Shown piece after piece: positions 8,473-17,045 of a DNA stretch of 64,000 nt. Every line of letters begins with the position of its first letter. Positions within the stretch are counted from its first letter, which is position 1. The position numbers and the translations under genes are program-made. Origin of the DNA: an uncultured Actinomycetes bacterium (lineage in GTDB: Bacteria > Actinomycetota > Acidimicrobiia > IMCC26256 > PALSA-555); contig CAVSWH010000023.1 in assembly GCA_963731625.1 (NCBI GenBank), forward strand, positions 96,174-160,173. Direction: 5' to 3'. The notes below the pieces were generated by a model. That model worked only from the letters and a program-made list of their open reading frames with translations. It had not been told where the DNA came from and did not search any database.

Positions 8473-9024
8473 TCAGAGCCAGCCGGTGCGAGCGCTCGCC
8501 GACGCCTCGCTGGGCGGCCGCGCGAGCTGTCCGGCGCGCACGCCCGCGAGGAGGGCACGGGTGGTCGCCATGATCTCGGGGACGGCGGCCCGCAGCTCCT
8601 CGATGTCGCGGTCGGAGACCGAGGCGGGATCGAGGTCGGCGCCGGCGACGAGGCCGGGCAGGTCACCGAGCTGCTCGGCGACGAAGCCGAGCGGGTCCGA
8701 GCTCATCGTGTCGTCGAACTGCCGGGTGCCGGGCTCCCAGCCACGCATCTTCGGGTGATGATGCGTGCGGTCGAAGGTGCCGGGGCCGCCTGCGACCGTT
8801 TCGAGAAGATCGGCGCGCCAGATCGGCTGGTCGACGAGGATCGGCTGCGACGCGTAGATCGAGCCCTCGGTGGGTTCTGCGGCGAGCAGGCGCACCTCGA
8901 GGCGCACGCCGCGCTCGGCGCCCTCCTGACCTGGTCCGGGGCGGGGGTCGACGAAGTACAGGTCGCTCACCGCGACGCCGACCTTCTCGAAACCGAACAC
9001 GTGCAGCACGCGTGACTCCCTCAT
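8473..9024 (-). CDS. hypothetical protein
   Basis: ORF 8473..9060. ATG at 9022-9024 (MRESRVLHVFGFEK...) is preferred over the upstream start. Composition is coding-like. No family recognised. Confidence 0.6.
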   Translation of the reverse strand: MRESRVLHVFGFEKVGVAVSDLYFVDPRPGPGQEGAERGVRLEVRLLAAEPTEGSIYASQPILVDQPIWRADLLETVAGGPGTFDRTHHHPKMRGWEPGTRQFDDTMSSDPLGFVAEQLGDLPGLVAGADLDPASVSDRDIEELRAAVPEIMATTRALLAGVRAGQLARPPSEASASARTGWL

Positions 9025-9118
9025 GCGCCGCGCCGGCCAGCATAGGCAGCGTCCAGACACGGCTCGTCCTGAGCACCGCGCCGGGTGCGCGCGCCGCCGC
9101 TACGCGACACCGCCCGCT

Positions 9119-9397
9119 CTACCCGTGCGCGCGCCGAGGCCGGCGTCGACCGTTTCGCCCGGGCGCCTCGGCGCGGGTGGGTGCGGTGTCGTCGAGCGCG
9201 CCCACCACCTGGGCCTCGACGGTCGTGCCGCAGCGTCGGCACGAGTGCTGGTGACGGGCACCGAGTCGCAGGTCGCTCGGCGTCGTGTCCTCGTCGATCT
9301 CGGTCCAGGTCTCGCCGCATCGGGTGCAGCACACCCGATAGTCGACGCTATGCAGCACATGGGCCACCGACTGCCCTCCCGGTGTGCTGTCCAGCAT
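9119..9397 (-). CDS. small zinc-ribbon protein (putative)
   Basis: Internal ATG at 9395-9397 of ORF 9119..9499, avoiding overlap with the typA 3' end. It has two CxxC pairs (CTRCGETW ... CRRCGTT) about 25 residues apart. The tail is Arg-rich and uncertain. Confidence 0.45.
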   Translation of the reverse strand: MLDSTPGGQSVAHVLHSVDYRVCCTRCGETWTEIDEDTTPSDLRLGARHQHSCRRCGTTVEAQVVGALDDTAPTRAEAPGRNGRRRPRRAHG

Positions 9398-9446
9398 GAC
9401 GGAACCGAGAGACCAAGACGTGGATTTCGCCGGAAGAATGTTCCGA

Positions 9447-11318
9447 TCAGCTCGCGTCCGGCGCCGACGCGCGGCGCGCCTGGCCCCGTCGACGACCACG
9501 AAGGCTCGCGTCGAGCGTCGTCTTGCGCATCCGGACCGAGACGGGCGTCACCTCGACGCACTCATCGGATGTCACGAACTCGAGCGACTGCTCGAGCGAC
9601 AGCGTCCGCGGCGGGGCGAGTCGCACGAGCTCGTCGGCGGACGCCGCCCGATGGTTGGTGAGCTTCTTCTCGCGCGTCGGGTTCACGTCGATGTCGTCGG
9701 CACGGGAGCTCTCACCGATGATCATGCCCTCGTACACCTCAACGCCTGGTCCGATGAAGAGCTCGCCACGTTCCTGGAGGCTCATGAGCGAGTAGGCGGT
9801 CGCGGCACCGGCCCGGTCGGCGACGAGGCTGCCGCTCCGGCGCGAGCGCAGCTCGCCGAGCCAGGGCTCGTAGCGGTCGAAGACGTGGTGCAGCAGCCCG
9901 GTCCCCTTCGTCTCGGTGAGGAACTCGGTGCGGAACCCGACGAGACCCCGCGCGGGCACGAGGTACTCGAGTCGCACCCACCCGCTCCCGTGGTTGACCA
10001 TCGACTCGAGCTGGCCCTTGCGGGACGCGAGGAGCTGGGTCGTGGCCCCGAGATATTCGTCGGGCACGTCGATCGCCACACGCTCCATCGGCTCGCACAG
10101 CCGGCCGTCGACTTCGCGGGTGACCACCTCGGGCTTGCCGACGGTCAGCTCGAACCCCTCCCGACGCATCGTCTCGACCAGCACCGCGAGCTGGAGCTCG
10201 CCGCGGCCCCGCACCTCCCACGCGTCGGGCCGCTCGGTGGGGAGGACGTGCAGCGACACGTTGCCGACCAGCTCGGTGTCGAGCCGGCTCTTGACCAGCC
10301 GGGCGGTGAGGTTCTTTCCCTCGCGGCCGCTGCGGGGCGACGTGTTGACGCCGATCGTGATGGACAGGCTGGGATCATCGACGTGGATCACCGGCAGCGG
10401 GGTCGGTCGCTCGACGTCTGCGAGCGTCTCGCCGATCGTCACGTCGGGGAGGCCGGCGATCGCCGCGATCTCGCCGGGCCCGGCCGTGTCCGCGTCGACG
10501 CGCTCGAGTGCCTCGGTGACGTAGAGCTGCGTGATCCGGACCGGCTCGATCGTGCCGTCGGCGCGACACCACGCGACGGGCTCGCCGCGCCGCAAGGTTC
10601 CGTGCCGCACGCGGCACAACGCGATGCGCCCGACATAGGGCGATGCGTCGAGGTTGGTGACGAGGGCCTGCAGCGGGTGGTCGGGGTCGTACTGCGGCGC
10701 GGGAATGTGTTCCAGCAGCAGCTCGAGCAGCGGCTTCAGTCCGCCCTCGCCCGCGATGCCGGGAAGCTGCAGATCCGGGTCCGTGGGATCGAGCGACGCC
10801 CGGCCGCTGCGCGCGTTGCAGTAGACGATGGGGAACCCGATCTGGTGCTCGTCGGCGTCGAGGTCGAGGAACAGCTCCTCGACCTCGTGGACGACCTCGG
10901 CGGCACGGGCGTCGCCGCGGTCGACCTTGTTCACGACGAGCAGGACCGGGAGGCGGGCCTCGAGCGTCTTGCGCAGGACGAAGCGCGTCTGCGGCAGCGG
11001 GCCCTCGGCGGCGTCGACGAGCAGCAGCACGCCGTCGACCATCGTGAGGCCGCGCTCCACCTCGCCTCCGAAGTCGGCGTGACCCGGCGTGTCGACGATG
11101 TTGATCTTCACGCCGCCGTAGCGCACCGCCGTGTTCTTCGCCAGGATCGTGATGCCCTTCTCGCGCTCGAGGTCGGTCGAGTCGAGCACGCGCTCCACGA
11201 CCTGCTGATGGTCACCGAACGCGCCGGTCTGGCGGAGCATGGCGTCGACGAGCGTCGTCTTGCCGTGGTCGACGTGGGCCACGATGGCCACGTTCCGGAT
11301 GTCGTCGCGCGCGCGCAT
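9447..11318 (-). CDS. typA: translational GTPase TypA/BipA
   Basis: 623-aa ORF. GTPase motifs [17 protein letters not shown] and NKVD are present. EF-G-like domain order and a length of about 620 aa are typical of TypA. Confidence 0.97.
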   Translation of the reverse strand: MRARDDIRNVAIVAHVDHGKTTLVDAMLRQTGAFGDHQQVVERVLDSTDLEREKGITILAKNTAVRYGGVKINIVDTPGHADFGGEVERGLTMVDGVLLLVDAAEGPLPQTRFVLRKTLEARLPVLLVVNKVDRGDARAAEVVHEVEELFLDLDADEHQIGFPIVYCNARSGRASLDPTDPDLQLPGIAGEGGLKPLLELLLEHIPAPQYDPDHPLQALVTNLDASPYVGRIALCRVRHGTLRRGEPVAWCRADGTIEPVRITQLYVTEALERVDADTAGPGEIAAIAGLPDVTIGETLADVERPTPLPVIHVDDPSLSITIGVNTSPRSGREGKNLTARLVKSRLDTELVGNVSLHVLPTERPDAWEVRGRGELQLAVLVETMRREGFELTVGKPEVVTREVDGRLCEPMERVAIDVPDEYLGATTQLLASRKGQLESMVNHGSGWVRLEYLVPARGLVGFRTEFLTETKGTGLLHHVFDRYEPWLGELRSRRSGSLVADRAGAATAYSLMSLQERGELFIGPGVEVYEGMIIGESSRADDIDVNPTREKKLTNHRAASADELVRLAPPRTLSLEQSLEFVTSDECVEVTPVSVRMRKTTLDASLRGRRRGQARRASAPDAS

Positions 11319-11487
11319 CGAGGGCTTCCGTCGGGGGGGTACACCAAGTGTACACGTCCGGTCTCGCGTCTCGGGTCAGGGTTCCCGCCCGTGGCGTGCG
11401 TCACACGGTGACCGCGCTCCTCCCGCGCGACGGCGCGCCCGCCGTGCGACGACCGATACTGGTGCCGTGGGGGACGGGAGCACCCGG

Positions 11488-12360
11488 GTGGCGACCGCCG
11501 CCGCGGTGGCGGCGACCGTGCTCGCCGCGCTGCTCGTGCCCGCCGGGGCGTCGCCCGCGCGGGCGTCGAGCACCGGCCCCTTCTGCGCCGCGATCCGAGC
11601 CTTCAACGGCGCCCGTCCGACCTCGAGCACCGAATCGGTCGCGGCGTTGCAGACCCTCGGCCGCGCCGCCCCGTCGGATGCCCGGGCGGCGCTCACGACG
11701 ATCGCCCGCGCCGTCCAGCACGGCGATCCGTCGAGCGTCCTGGCCCAGGCGGCGACCGCGCAGGCGAGTCAGCCCGACGCGCTGGATCAAGCCGCGACGA
11801 CCGTCGCGCGCGACGCGTTCGGTCGGTGTCAGCTCACCGTCAACTTCCTGGCCGTCATCCCGTCCGGGCTGTCGGACCAGAAGGTCGCGGTGCGCCTCTG
11901 GGGCCGGACGGTGTGCACGAAGCTCGTCGACTGGGGCGAGTTCCTGATGGGCGCAGGCAACGGCCTGCTGACGCCGCCGGGCGGGGTCACCGTCACGCTG
12001 TCCGAGATCCAGACCGAGATCTCGGACTTCCTCGACACGGCGATCCTGCGCACGGCCGAGCTGCTCAACGCGGTGGACGAAGCCGGCACGCCCTCCATCG
12101 CGAAGGGTCACGCCATCGCGTCGTCGATCCGTGACGGGGTGCTGCAAGCCCAACGGACGTTCCAGGCCGCGCAGCTGACCGTGAAGGCGCTGCCCGACGA
12201 CCCGCAGCGCTTTCAAGTCGGGGCGCAGAGTCTCGTGCAGACGCTCGACGACACCGGCCGGCGCGTCGCGGCGTTGGTGCAGGACGCGGAGCAGCAGTAC
12301 AAGGTGCGGGCGCTCGACACCGCGCTGCGCGCCGAGCCCGCGTGCATCGGCGTTCGGTGA
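11488..12360 (+). CDS. secreted hypothetical protein
   Basis: GTG at 11488 (GGGAG 7 nt upstream) inside ORF 11239..12360 gives the signal-like N-terminus VATAAAVAATVLAALLVPAGASPARA. The remainder is a helical Ala/Gln-rich protein. Confidence 0.65.
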   Translation: MATAAAVAATVLAALLVPAGASPARASSTGPFCAAIRAFNGARPTSSTESVAALQTLGRAAPSDARAALTTIARAVQHGDPSSVLAQAATAQASQPDALDQAATTVARDAFGRCQLTVNFLAVIPSGLSDQKVAVRLWGRTVCTKLVDWGEFLMGAGNGLLTPPGGVTVTLSEIQTEISDFLDTAILRTAELLNAVDEAGTPSIAKGHAIASSIRDGVLQAQRTFQAAQLTVKALPDDPQRFQVGAQSLVQTLDDTGRRVAALVQDAEQQYKVRALDTALRAEPACIGVR

Positions 12361-12400
12361 ACCGTGCCCGAGCGCGGGCGACGGTGCGTGATGCGACGGA

Positions 12401-12432
12401 GGCTGCGGCGGGCCGATCGGCCCACCGCAGCC
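12401..12432. terminator. GC-rich hairpin between convergent genes (candidate bidirectional terminator)
   Basis: GGCTGCGGCGGGCC-GATC-GGCCCACCGCAGCC forms 14 pairs with one mismatch and a 4-nt loop. It lies between the stop at 12360 (+) and the csp stop at 12442 (-). There is no U-tract, as is common in high-GC actinobacteria. Confidence 0.55.
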
Positions 12433-12441
12433 CCGAGTCCG

Positions 12442-12693
12442 TCAGATCGGACGAACGTTCTGGGCCTCGTCGCCTTTCCGGCCCGGGCCGACGTCGAACT
12501 CCACACGCTGACCCTCGGTCAACGTCTTGAACCCCGTCCCCTGGATCGCGGAGAAATGCACGAACACGTCGTCCATTCCCTCGCGGGAGATGAAGCCGTA
12601 CCCCTTTTGCTCGTTAAAGAACTTCACAGTGCCTGTAGCCAACGGATTCGCGTCCTTCTTGCTGATTGCTGCTGGATTGCCGGGACGGTCCAT
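12442..12693 (-). CDS. cspA: cold-shock protein (CspA family)
   Basis: The C-terminal 66 aa, [65 protein letters not shown], carry the RNP1/RNP2 motifs. The ATG at 12691-12693 gives 83 aa. The alternative TTG at 12640-12642 (GAAGGA upstream) gives the canonical MATGTVKFF start. The local GC dip is typical of highly expressed csp genes. Confidence 0.9.
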   Translation of the reverse strand: MDRPGNPAAISKKDANPLATGTVKFFNEQKGYGFISREGMDDVFVHFSAIQGTGFKTLTEGQRVEFDVGPGRKGDEAQNVRPI

Positions 12694-12982
12694 TGACACG
12701 GCCTCGGTGGCGCCAGTGTAGGAAAAGCGTCGCAGCGTCTCAAGCGGTGGGCTCACCGGACCGGCGAGGGCGGACGCGCCGTGTCGAGCAGGTCGAACGT
12801 GCTCGACGACCCTGTCAAGGGCCAGACGGGATCGCCGCGCGTGAACGCGCGGCGAGCCCGTGCGGTCGGGACCTTGCGGTCGCTGCAGCGTCCTCATGCC
12901 GCGCGAGCCGCGGTCAGCGGCGCCCAGCACACGACGCGCGACGCGCCGGCGCCGCCGTGGAGCGCTCGCGCGGATTGTTCGG

Positions 12983-13018
12983 CTGCTGTTCACTTCTCGG
13001 TCTCTCTCGGAACAGCAG
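12983..13018 (-). terminator. hairpin downstream of the nitroreductase gene / in the csp upstream region
   Basis: Perfect 9-bp inverted repeat CTGCTGTTC ... GAACAGCAG with an 18-nt loop, starting 23 nt beyond the nitroreductase stop (13041) on the minus strand. It could equally be part of a long csp 5' UTR. Confidence 0.35.
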
Positions 13019-13040
13019 AGCGCGTGTTCGCTCCGGTCGC

Positions 13041-13736
13041 TCAGCCGGACGCGCCGAACGCCGGGCCGTCGAAGCGGTCGCGGGTCGTGAAGTCGCCGAC
13101 CGCCGTGCGGCGCAGTGATCGCGGCTGACGGACCGGGTGCCCGAGGGCAAGCAACGCGGCGATCACGAACTCGTCGGGCACGCCCAGCAACGCCCGAACC
13201 TCGGGCTCCCGGCGAGCGAGCATCGTGGTCAGCACGCCGCCGAGGCCCGCGTCGCGCGCCGCGAGCAGCACGTTCCACACGAACGGGTACACCGAGGCGC
13301 CACCGATCAGCGTGTAGCGGTCGAGGTCCCGATCCGTCGCCGCGAGCGCGCGCAGGTCCGCGAGGACGAGGAGCAGCGCGGGGACCTCGTCGAGATGCTC
13401 GGCAAACCCGCCGGGACCGGCCGCGGCGGCCTCGGCGATCGCCGTCGCCCCGGCGAGCGCCGTCCGCTCCGCGGCGCGGTCGGTGACCGGCGCGAACGGC
13501 ACCAGACCGGCCCCCGCCAGCGCGAGGTACTCGTACCACCCCGCGCAGTAGAGGTCCCGCAGCGACCGTCGGACGGTCGGGTCGCTCACGACGATGAGGC
13601 GCCAGCCCTGACGGTTCCCGCCGCTCGGCGCGAACCGGGCCACGTCGAGCACGGCGAGGAGCTGCTCGTCGCTGACCGGCTCCCCCGTGAACTCCCGCAC
13701 CGCGCCGCACGTCCGCATCGCGTCGCTCAGCTCCAT
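13041..13736 (-). CDS. nitroreductase family protein
   Basis: ATG at 13734-13736 preceded by GAGGAGG. The product starts [46 protein letters not shown], the classic nitroreductase N-terminal signature. Confidence 0.85.
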   Translation of the reverse strand: MELSDAMRTCGAVREFTGEPVSDEQLLAVLDVARFAPSGGNRQGWRLIVVSDPTVRRSLRDLYCAGWYEYLALAGAGLVPFAPVTDRAAERTALAGATAIAEAAAAGPGGFAEHLDEVPALLLVLADLRALAATDRDLDRYTLIGGASVYPFVWNVLLAARDAGLGGVLTTMLARREPEVRALLGVPDEFVIAALLALGHPVRQPRSLRRTAVGDFTTRDRFDGPAFGASG

Positions 13737-13866
13737 GTCGCCTCCTCGCGGCCGCGCCGTCCGCCTCGGTGGCGTGGGATCGCGGCCGGTACATTCTGGA
13801 ACGTCGACCCCGTCCGCCCACGGTGTCGACCCACGCGGCGGTCCCGCCGCTGCCCCAAGGAGCACC

Positions 13867-15117
13867 ATGCGCTACGTCGAAGCGGCCGGCCTGCGGGTCT
13901 CGGCGATCGGGCTCGGGTGCTGGCAGTTCGGATCTCACGACTGGGGCTACGGCAACGCATACGGCGAGACGACCGCCGTCGAGCTCGTGCACCGGGCGCT
14001 CGACCTCGGGGTCAACCTGCTCGACACGGCGGAGGTCTACGCCCATGGCGTGTCGGAGGCGATCGTCGGTCGCGCGATCGAGGGACGGCGCGACGAGGCG
14101 TTCGTGGCCACGAAGGTGCTGCCGGTCTGGCCGACGGCGTCGCGGGTGCACGAGCACGGACGGCTCTCGGCGCTCCGCCTCGGCGTCTCGCTGATCGATC
14201 TCTACCAGGTCCACTGGCCGAACCCGGTCGTGCCGCTTCGCTCGACGATGGGCGGGATGCGCCGCCTACTCGACGACGAGATCGTCGCGCACGTCGGCGT
14301 GAGCAACTTCTCCCCGTCGCGCTGGGAGGCCGCCGAGCGTGACCTCGGTGGGCCGGTCGCCTCGAATCAGGTGCACTTCAGCCTCCTGCAGCGCAAGCCC
14401 GACCGAGGCAACGTCGAGTACGCGCAACGCCGCGACCGTCTGGTGATCGCCTATAGCCCGCTCGAGCAGGGGGTCCTCGGTGGCAAGTACGACGCCGCGC
14501 ACCCGCCGGCCGGCCCGGCGCGCCGCAACAACCCGCTGTGCCTGCCGGAGAACCTCGAGCGGGCGACCCCCGTCATCGAGGCGCTCCGCCGGCTCGCCAA
14601 GGCGCACGACGCGACGCCGGCCCAGGTCGCCCTGGCCTGGCTGCTCCGCAAGCCGAACGTCATCGCCATCCCGGGCGCGAGCTCGGTCGCGCAGCTCGAG
14701 CACAACGTGGCCGCCGCCGACCTGGACCTCACCGACGCCGAGCACGAGGAGCTCACCGCCGAGAGCGACCGCTTCGAGCCCCTCGGCGGTGTCGCGACCG
14801 GGATGGGCATGCTGCGGGCCCGACACGCCGCCTGGGGGCGCGCGGGGCCTCAGGCCGGTCGGAACCGGTGGCCCGGCTGGGCGAGTGCCGCCGGGACGAG
14901 CGCCGCGCAGGCGCTGATGGCGTGCGCCGCGGCCGGCGTCGAGAGGTTGAGGGATCCGGCGGTCGGGTCCCAGCCGTGTGCCTCGAGGCACTGCACGAGG
15001 CGCGCGACCGCGCCCGCCGATCCCAGCCGGATGCCCGGCGGGATGCCGCCACCGGTGGCGGGCGTCGCCGACACCTTCGCCTCGCGGATCGCGCGGGCCT
15101 GCCCGGCGCAGTCGTAG
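13867..15117 (+). CDS. aldo/keto reductase (with about 100-aa unusual C-terminal read-through tail)
   Basis: ATG at 13867 gives [22 protein letters not shown]..., with the [10 protein letters not shown] and IDLYQVHWP blocks. The AKR-like sequence ends near 14800, but the first in-frame stop is at 15115-15117. Confidence 0.85.
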   Translation: MRYVEAAGLRVSAIGLGCWQFGSHDWGYGNAYGETTAVELVHRALDLGVNLLDTAEVYAHGVSEAIVGRAIEGRRDEAFVATKVLPVWPTASRVHEHGRLSALRLGVSLIDLYQVHWPNPVVPLRSTMGGMRRLLDDEIVAHVGVSNFSPSRWEAAERDLGGPVASNQVHFSLLQRKPDRGNVEYAQRRDRLVIAYSPLEQGVLGGKYDAAHPPAGPARRNNPLCLPENLERATPVIEALRRLAKAHDATPAQVALAWLLRKPNVIAIPGASSVAQLEHNVAAADLDLTDAEHEELTAESDRFEPLGGVATGMGMLRARHAAWGRAGPQAGRNRWPGWASAAGTSAAQALMACAAAGVERLRDPAVGSQPCASRHCTRRATAPADPSRMPGGMPPPVAGVADTFASRIARACPAQS

Positions 15118-17045
15118 AGTCCGCTCGGGCCGGACTCGCCCCAGCGCGCGGCATCGACGGGCGCGCAGACCTGGCTCACGAACGCGCCGACGTTCGTGCC
15201 GCCGAACCCGCCGCTCGGCGCGACGTAGCGCAGCTCGTGGTGCTGCACGAGATCGGCGAGCGCCGACGGGGTCATGGCCGGGTCCGTGCCCTGGAAGCCG
15301 CCCATCGCCATGACCGACGCGCCGGCGATGATCGCCGGCGCGGCCTGCCGTGCGTTCGGCACGGCCACGATCCATCGCGCGCCGCCCTGACGTCGGCGCA
15401 GCCAGGCCAGCTCGGCGGCCGAGAACCCCGTGACCCCGCCGCCGCGCCCCGCGACCCGGCCGCGCCCCGGGAACGCGAACCCAGCGCCCGGGTTCGGCGT
15501 GAGCCCGCCCGCGTCGCCGGACACGGGCCGCGCCGCCGGCTCGGTCCCGTTCTGGGCGTGCCGCACGCCCGAGGTCGCCCAGGCCGTCGGCGCGGCGAGC
15601 GCGATGACGAGGCCCGTCCCGGCGAGGATGGCGAGGGTGCGCCGGCCGACCCGGCCCCACACGGCGGCCGCGACCGCGGCCAGCGCGACGACGCCGAGTG
15701 CCACCGGGACGAGCGTGCGCAACGTCTGGTACGCGTCGACGCGGCGGAGCAGCACGACCTGGAGCACGGCGGTGCCGGCCGCCCCCGCGGCGACGGCCAC
15801 GGCCGCCACCCGACCGCCCCGACAGACGAGCTCGACGCCGATCCCGACGAACGCGGCGACCGCCGGTGCGAACGCGGCCACGTAGTAGTTGTGGAACGTC
15901 CCCTGGGTGTACGCGAAGACGAAGTAGCTCACGATCCCGACGCCCGCCCACAAGATGAGCGAGCCGCGCTCGGCTGCGCCCAGGCGTCGACGGAACATCA
16001 GTACGAGGCCGCCCAGCAGCGCGAGCGCGGCGAGGACGAACAGCCACATCACCTGGTCGCCCATGCCCGCGTTGAACAGCCGGCCGATCCCCGGTGCGCC
16101 CCCCGACCCGCCGAACCCGCGGAACGAGCCGGCGAACTGGCGCGCCACGCCGCCCGGTCCGCTCGTCGAGCCTGTGAGTCGACCGAAGCCGTCGTAGCCG
16201 AACACGACGCTCTGGGTCGTGTTGTTCGTGCTGTTGCCGACGAAGGGCCGGCTGGACGCGGGGACGATGTCGATCGCGGCCATCCAGCCGCCGGCGACCA
16301 CGACGAACGCGGCGCACGCCAGCGCGATGTCGCGTGCGCGCTTCCACCAGCCCCCGGGTCCCGTCAGGAGATAGGCCAGGAAGAGGCCGGGCAGCACGAC
16401 GCCGCCGACGAGCCATTTGGCGAGGAATCCGAGGCCGCACGCCACGCCGGCCAAGATCAGCCAGCGGGGCTGCTGGTCGCTGATGGCGCGCTGCGTCGCG
16501 TACGCCGCGGCCACGAGACAGAGCACGAGCGTCGCGTCCGGGTTGTTCGAGCGGCTGACCGCCAACGCGACGGGGGTCAGTGCCAGCGCGAGGCCGGCCA
16601 CGCGCCCGGCGCGGGCACCCCACGCACGGCGAACGGTCGACATGAGCAGCCACACCGACCCGGCACCGGCGAGCACTGACGGCATGAGCAGTGACCAGCT
16701 CGAGTAACCGAAGGTGCGTGCCGACAGCGCTTCGAGCCACAGGGCCAGCGGCGGCTTGTCGGTCGTAATCCAGCCGCCCGGGTCGAACGAGCCGAACAGG
16801 AAGTTCTTCCACGACGTCGTCATGGAGCGCGCGGCCGCGGCGTAGTAGGTGTTGCCGTAGCCGTTCTTCGACAAGCCCCACGCGAAGAGCACGAGCGCCG
16901 CGACGGTGATCCCGAGCTCCGGCGTGACGCGGCGGAGGCGCGCCCCACGGGACGTGGCGTCGCAGACGGGCACGGGGTCGCGCCCGTCGACGGAACCGCT
17001 CAGGGCGTCGGACGGACCGGCGATGACGGGTGTCGGATCGCTCAC
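14850..17045 (-). CDS. glycosyltransferase family 39 (ArnT/PMT-like GT-C) membrane protein
   Basis: The GTG at 17043-17045 overlaps the upstream stop (GTGA). N-terminal block GNTYYAAAARSMTTSWKNFLFGSFDPGGWITTDKPPLALW is followed by more than 10 predicted TM segments and a soluble C-terminal domain ending ...LYDCAGQ.... Confidence 0.85.
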   Translation of the reverse strand: MSDPTPVIAGPSDALSGSVDGRDPVPVCDATSRGARLRRVTPELGITVAALVLFAWGLSKNGYGNTYYAAAARSMTTSWKNFLFGSFDPGGWITTDKPPLALWLEALSARTFGYSSWSLLMPSVLAGAGSVWLLMSTVRRAWGARAGRVAGLALALTPVALAVSRSNNPDATLVLCLVAAAYATQRAISDQQPRWLILAGVACGLGFLAKWLVGGVVLPGLFLAYLLTGPGGWWKRARDIALACAAFVVVAGGWMAAIDIVPASSRPFVGNSTNNTTQSVVFGYDGFGRLTGSTSGPGGVARQFAGSFRGFGGSGGAPGIGRLFNAGMGDQVMWLFVLAALALLGGLVLMFRRRLGAAERGSLILWAGVGIVSYFVFAYTQGTFHNYYVAAFAPAVAAFVGIGVELVCRGGRVAAVAVAAGAAGTAVLQVVLLRRVDAYQTLRTLVPVALGVVALAAVAAAVWGRVGRRTLAILAGTGLVIALAAPTAWATSGVRHAQNGTEPAARPVSGDAGGLTPNPGAGFAFPGRGRVAGRGGGVTGFSAAELAWLRRRQGGARWIVAVPNARQAAPAIIAGASVMAMGGFQGTDPAMTPSALADLVQHHELRYVAPSGGFGGTNVGAFVSQVCAPVDAARWGESGPSGLYDCAGQARAIREAKVSATPATGGGIPPGIRLGSAGAVARLVQCLEAHGWDPTAGSLNLSTPAAAHAISACAALVPAALAQPGHRFRPA

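Noticed and set aside
9384-11411. 675-aa plus-strand ORF antisense to typA.
   Set aside because: The antisense TypA frame has perfect GTPase motifs. The plus-strand ORF is a low-complexity Arg/Gly/Asp/Leu shadow.
12694-14214. 590-aa minus ORF that would fuse the cold-shock domain to a ~500-aa N-terminal extension.
   Set aside because: The extension is Arg-rich nonsense. It runs antisense or off-frame through the nitroreductase gene and the start of the AKR gene. Csp proteins are ~67-85 aa.
14801-15117. The possibility that the ~100-aa AKR tail is an additional functional domain.
   Set aside because: The tail uses codons that are rare for this genome (four AGG, plus TTG, AGT and TGT) and has Arg/Ala/Pro-rich composition. 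The opposite strand encodes a plausible Cys-containing GT39 C-terminal domain. It is therefore reported as a read-through overlap and not as a domain.
14266-16881. 871-aa minus ORF and 713-aa plus ORF (14538..16679), both extremely Arg/Gly/Pro-rich, overlapping the GT39 gene.
   Set aside because: These are shadow ORFs typical of GC-saturated DNA: off-frame or antisense to a gene with clear family motifs and TM periodicity. Their composition (over 25% Arg) is not protein-like.
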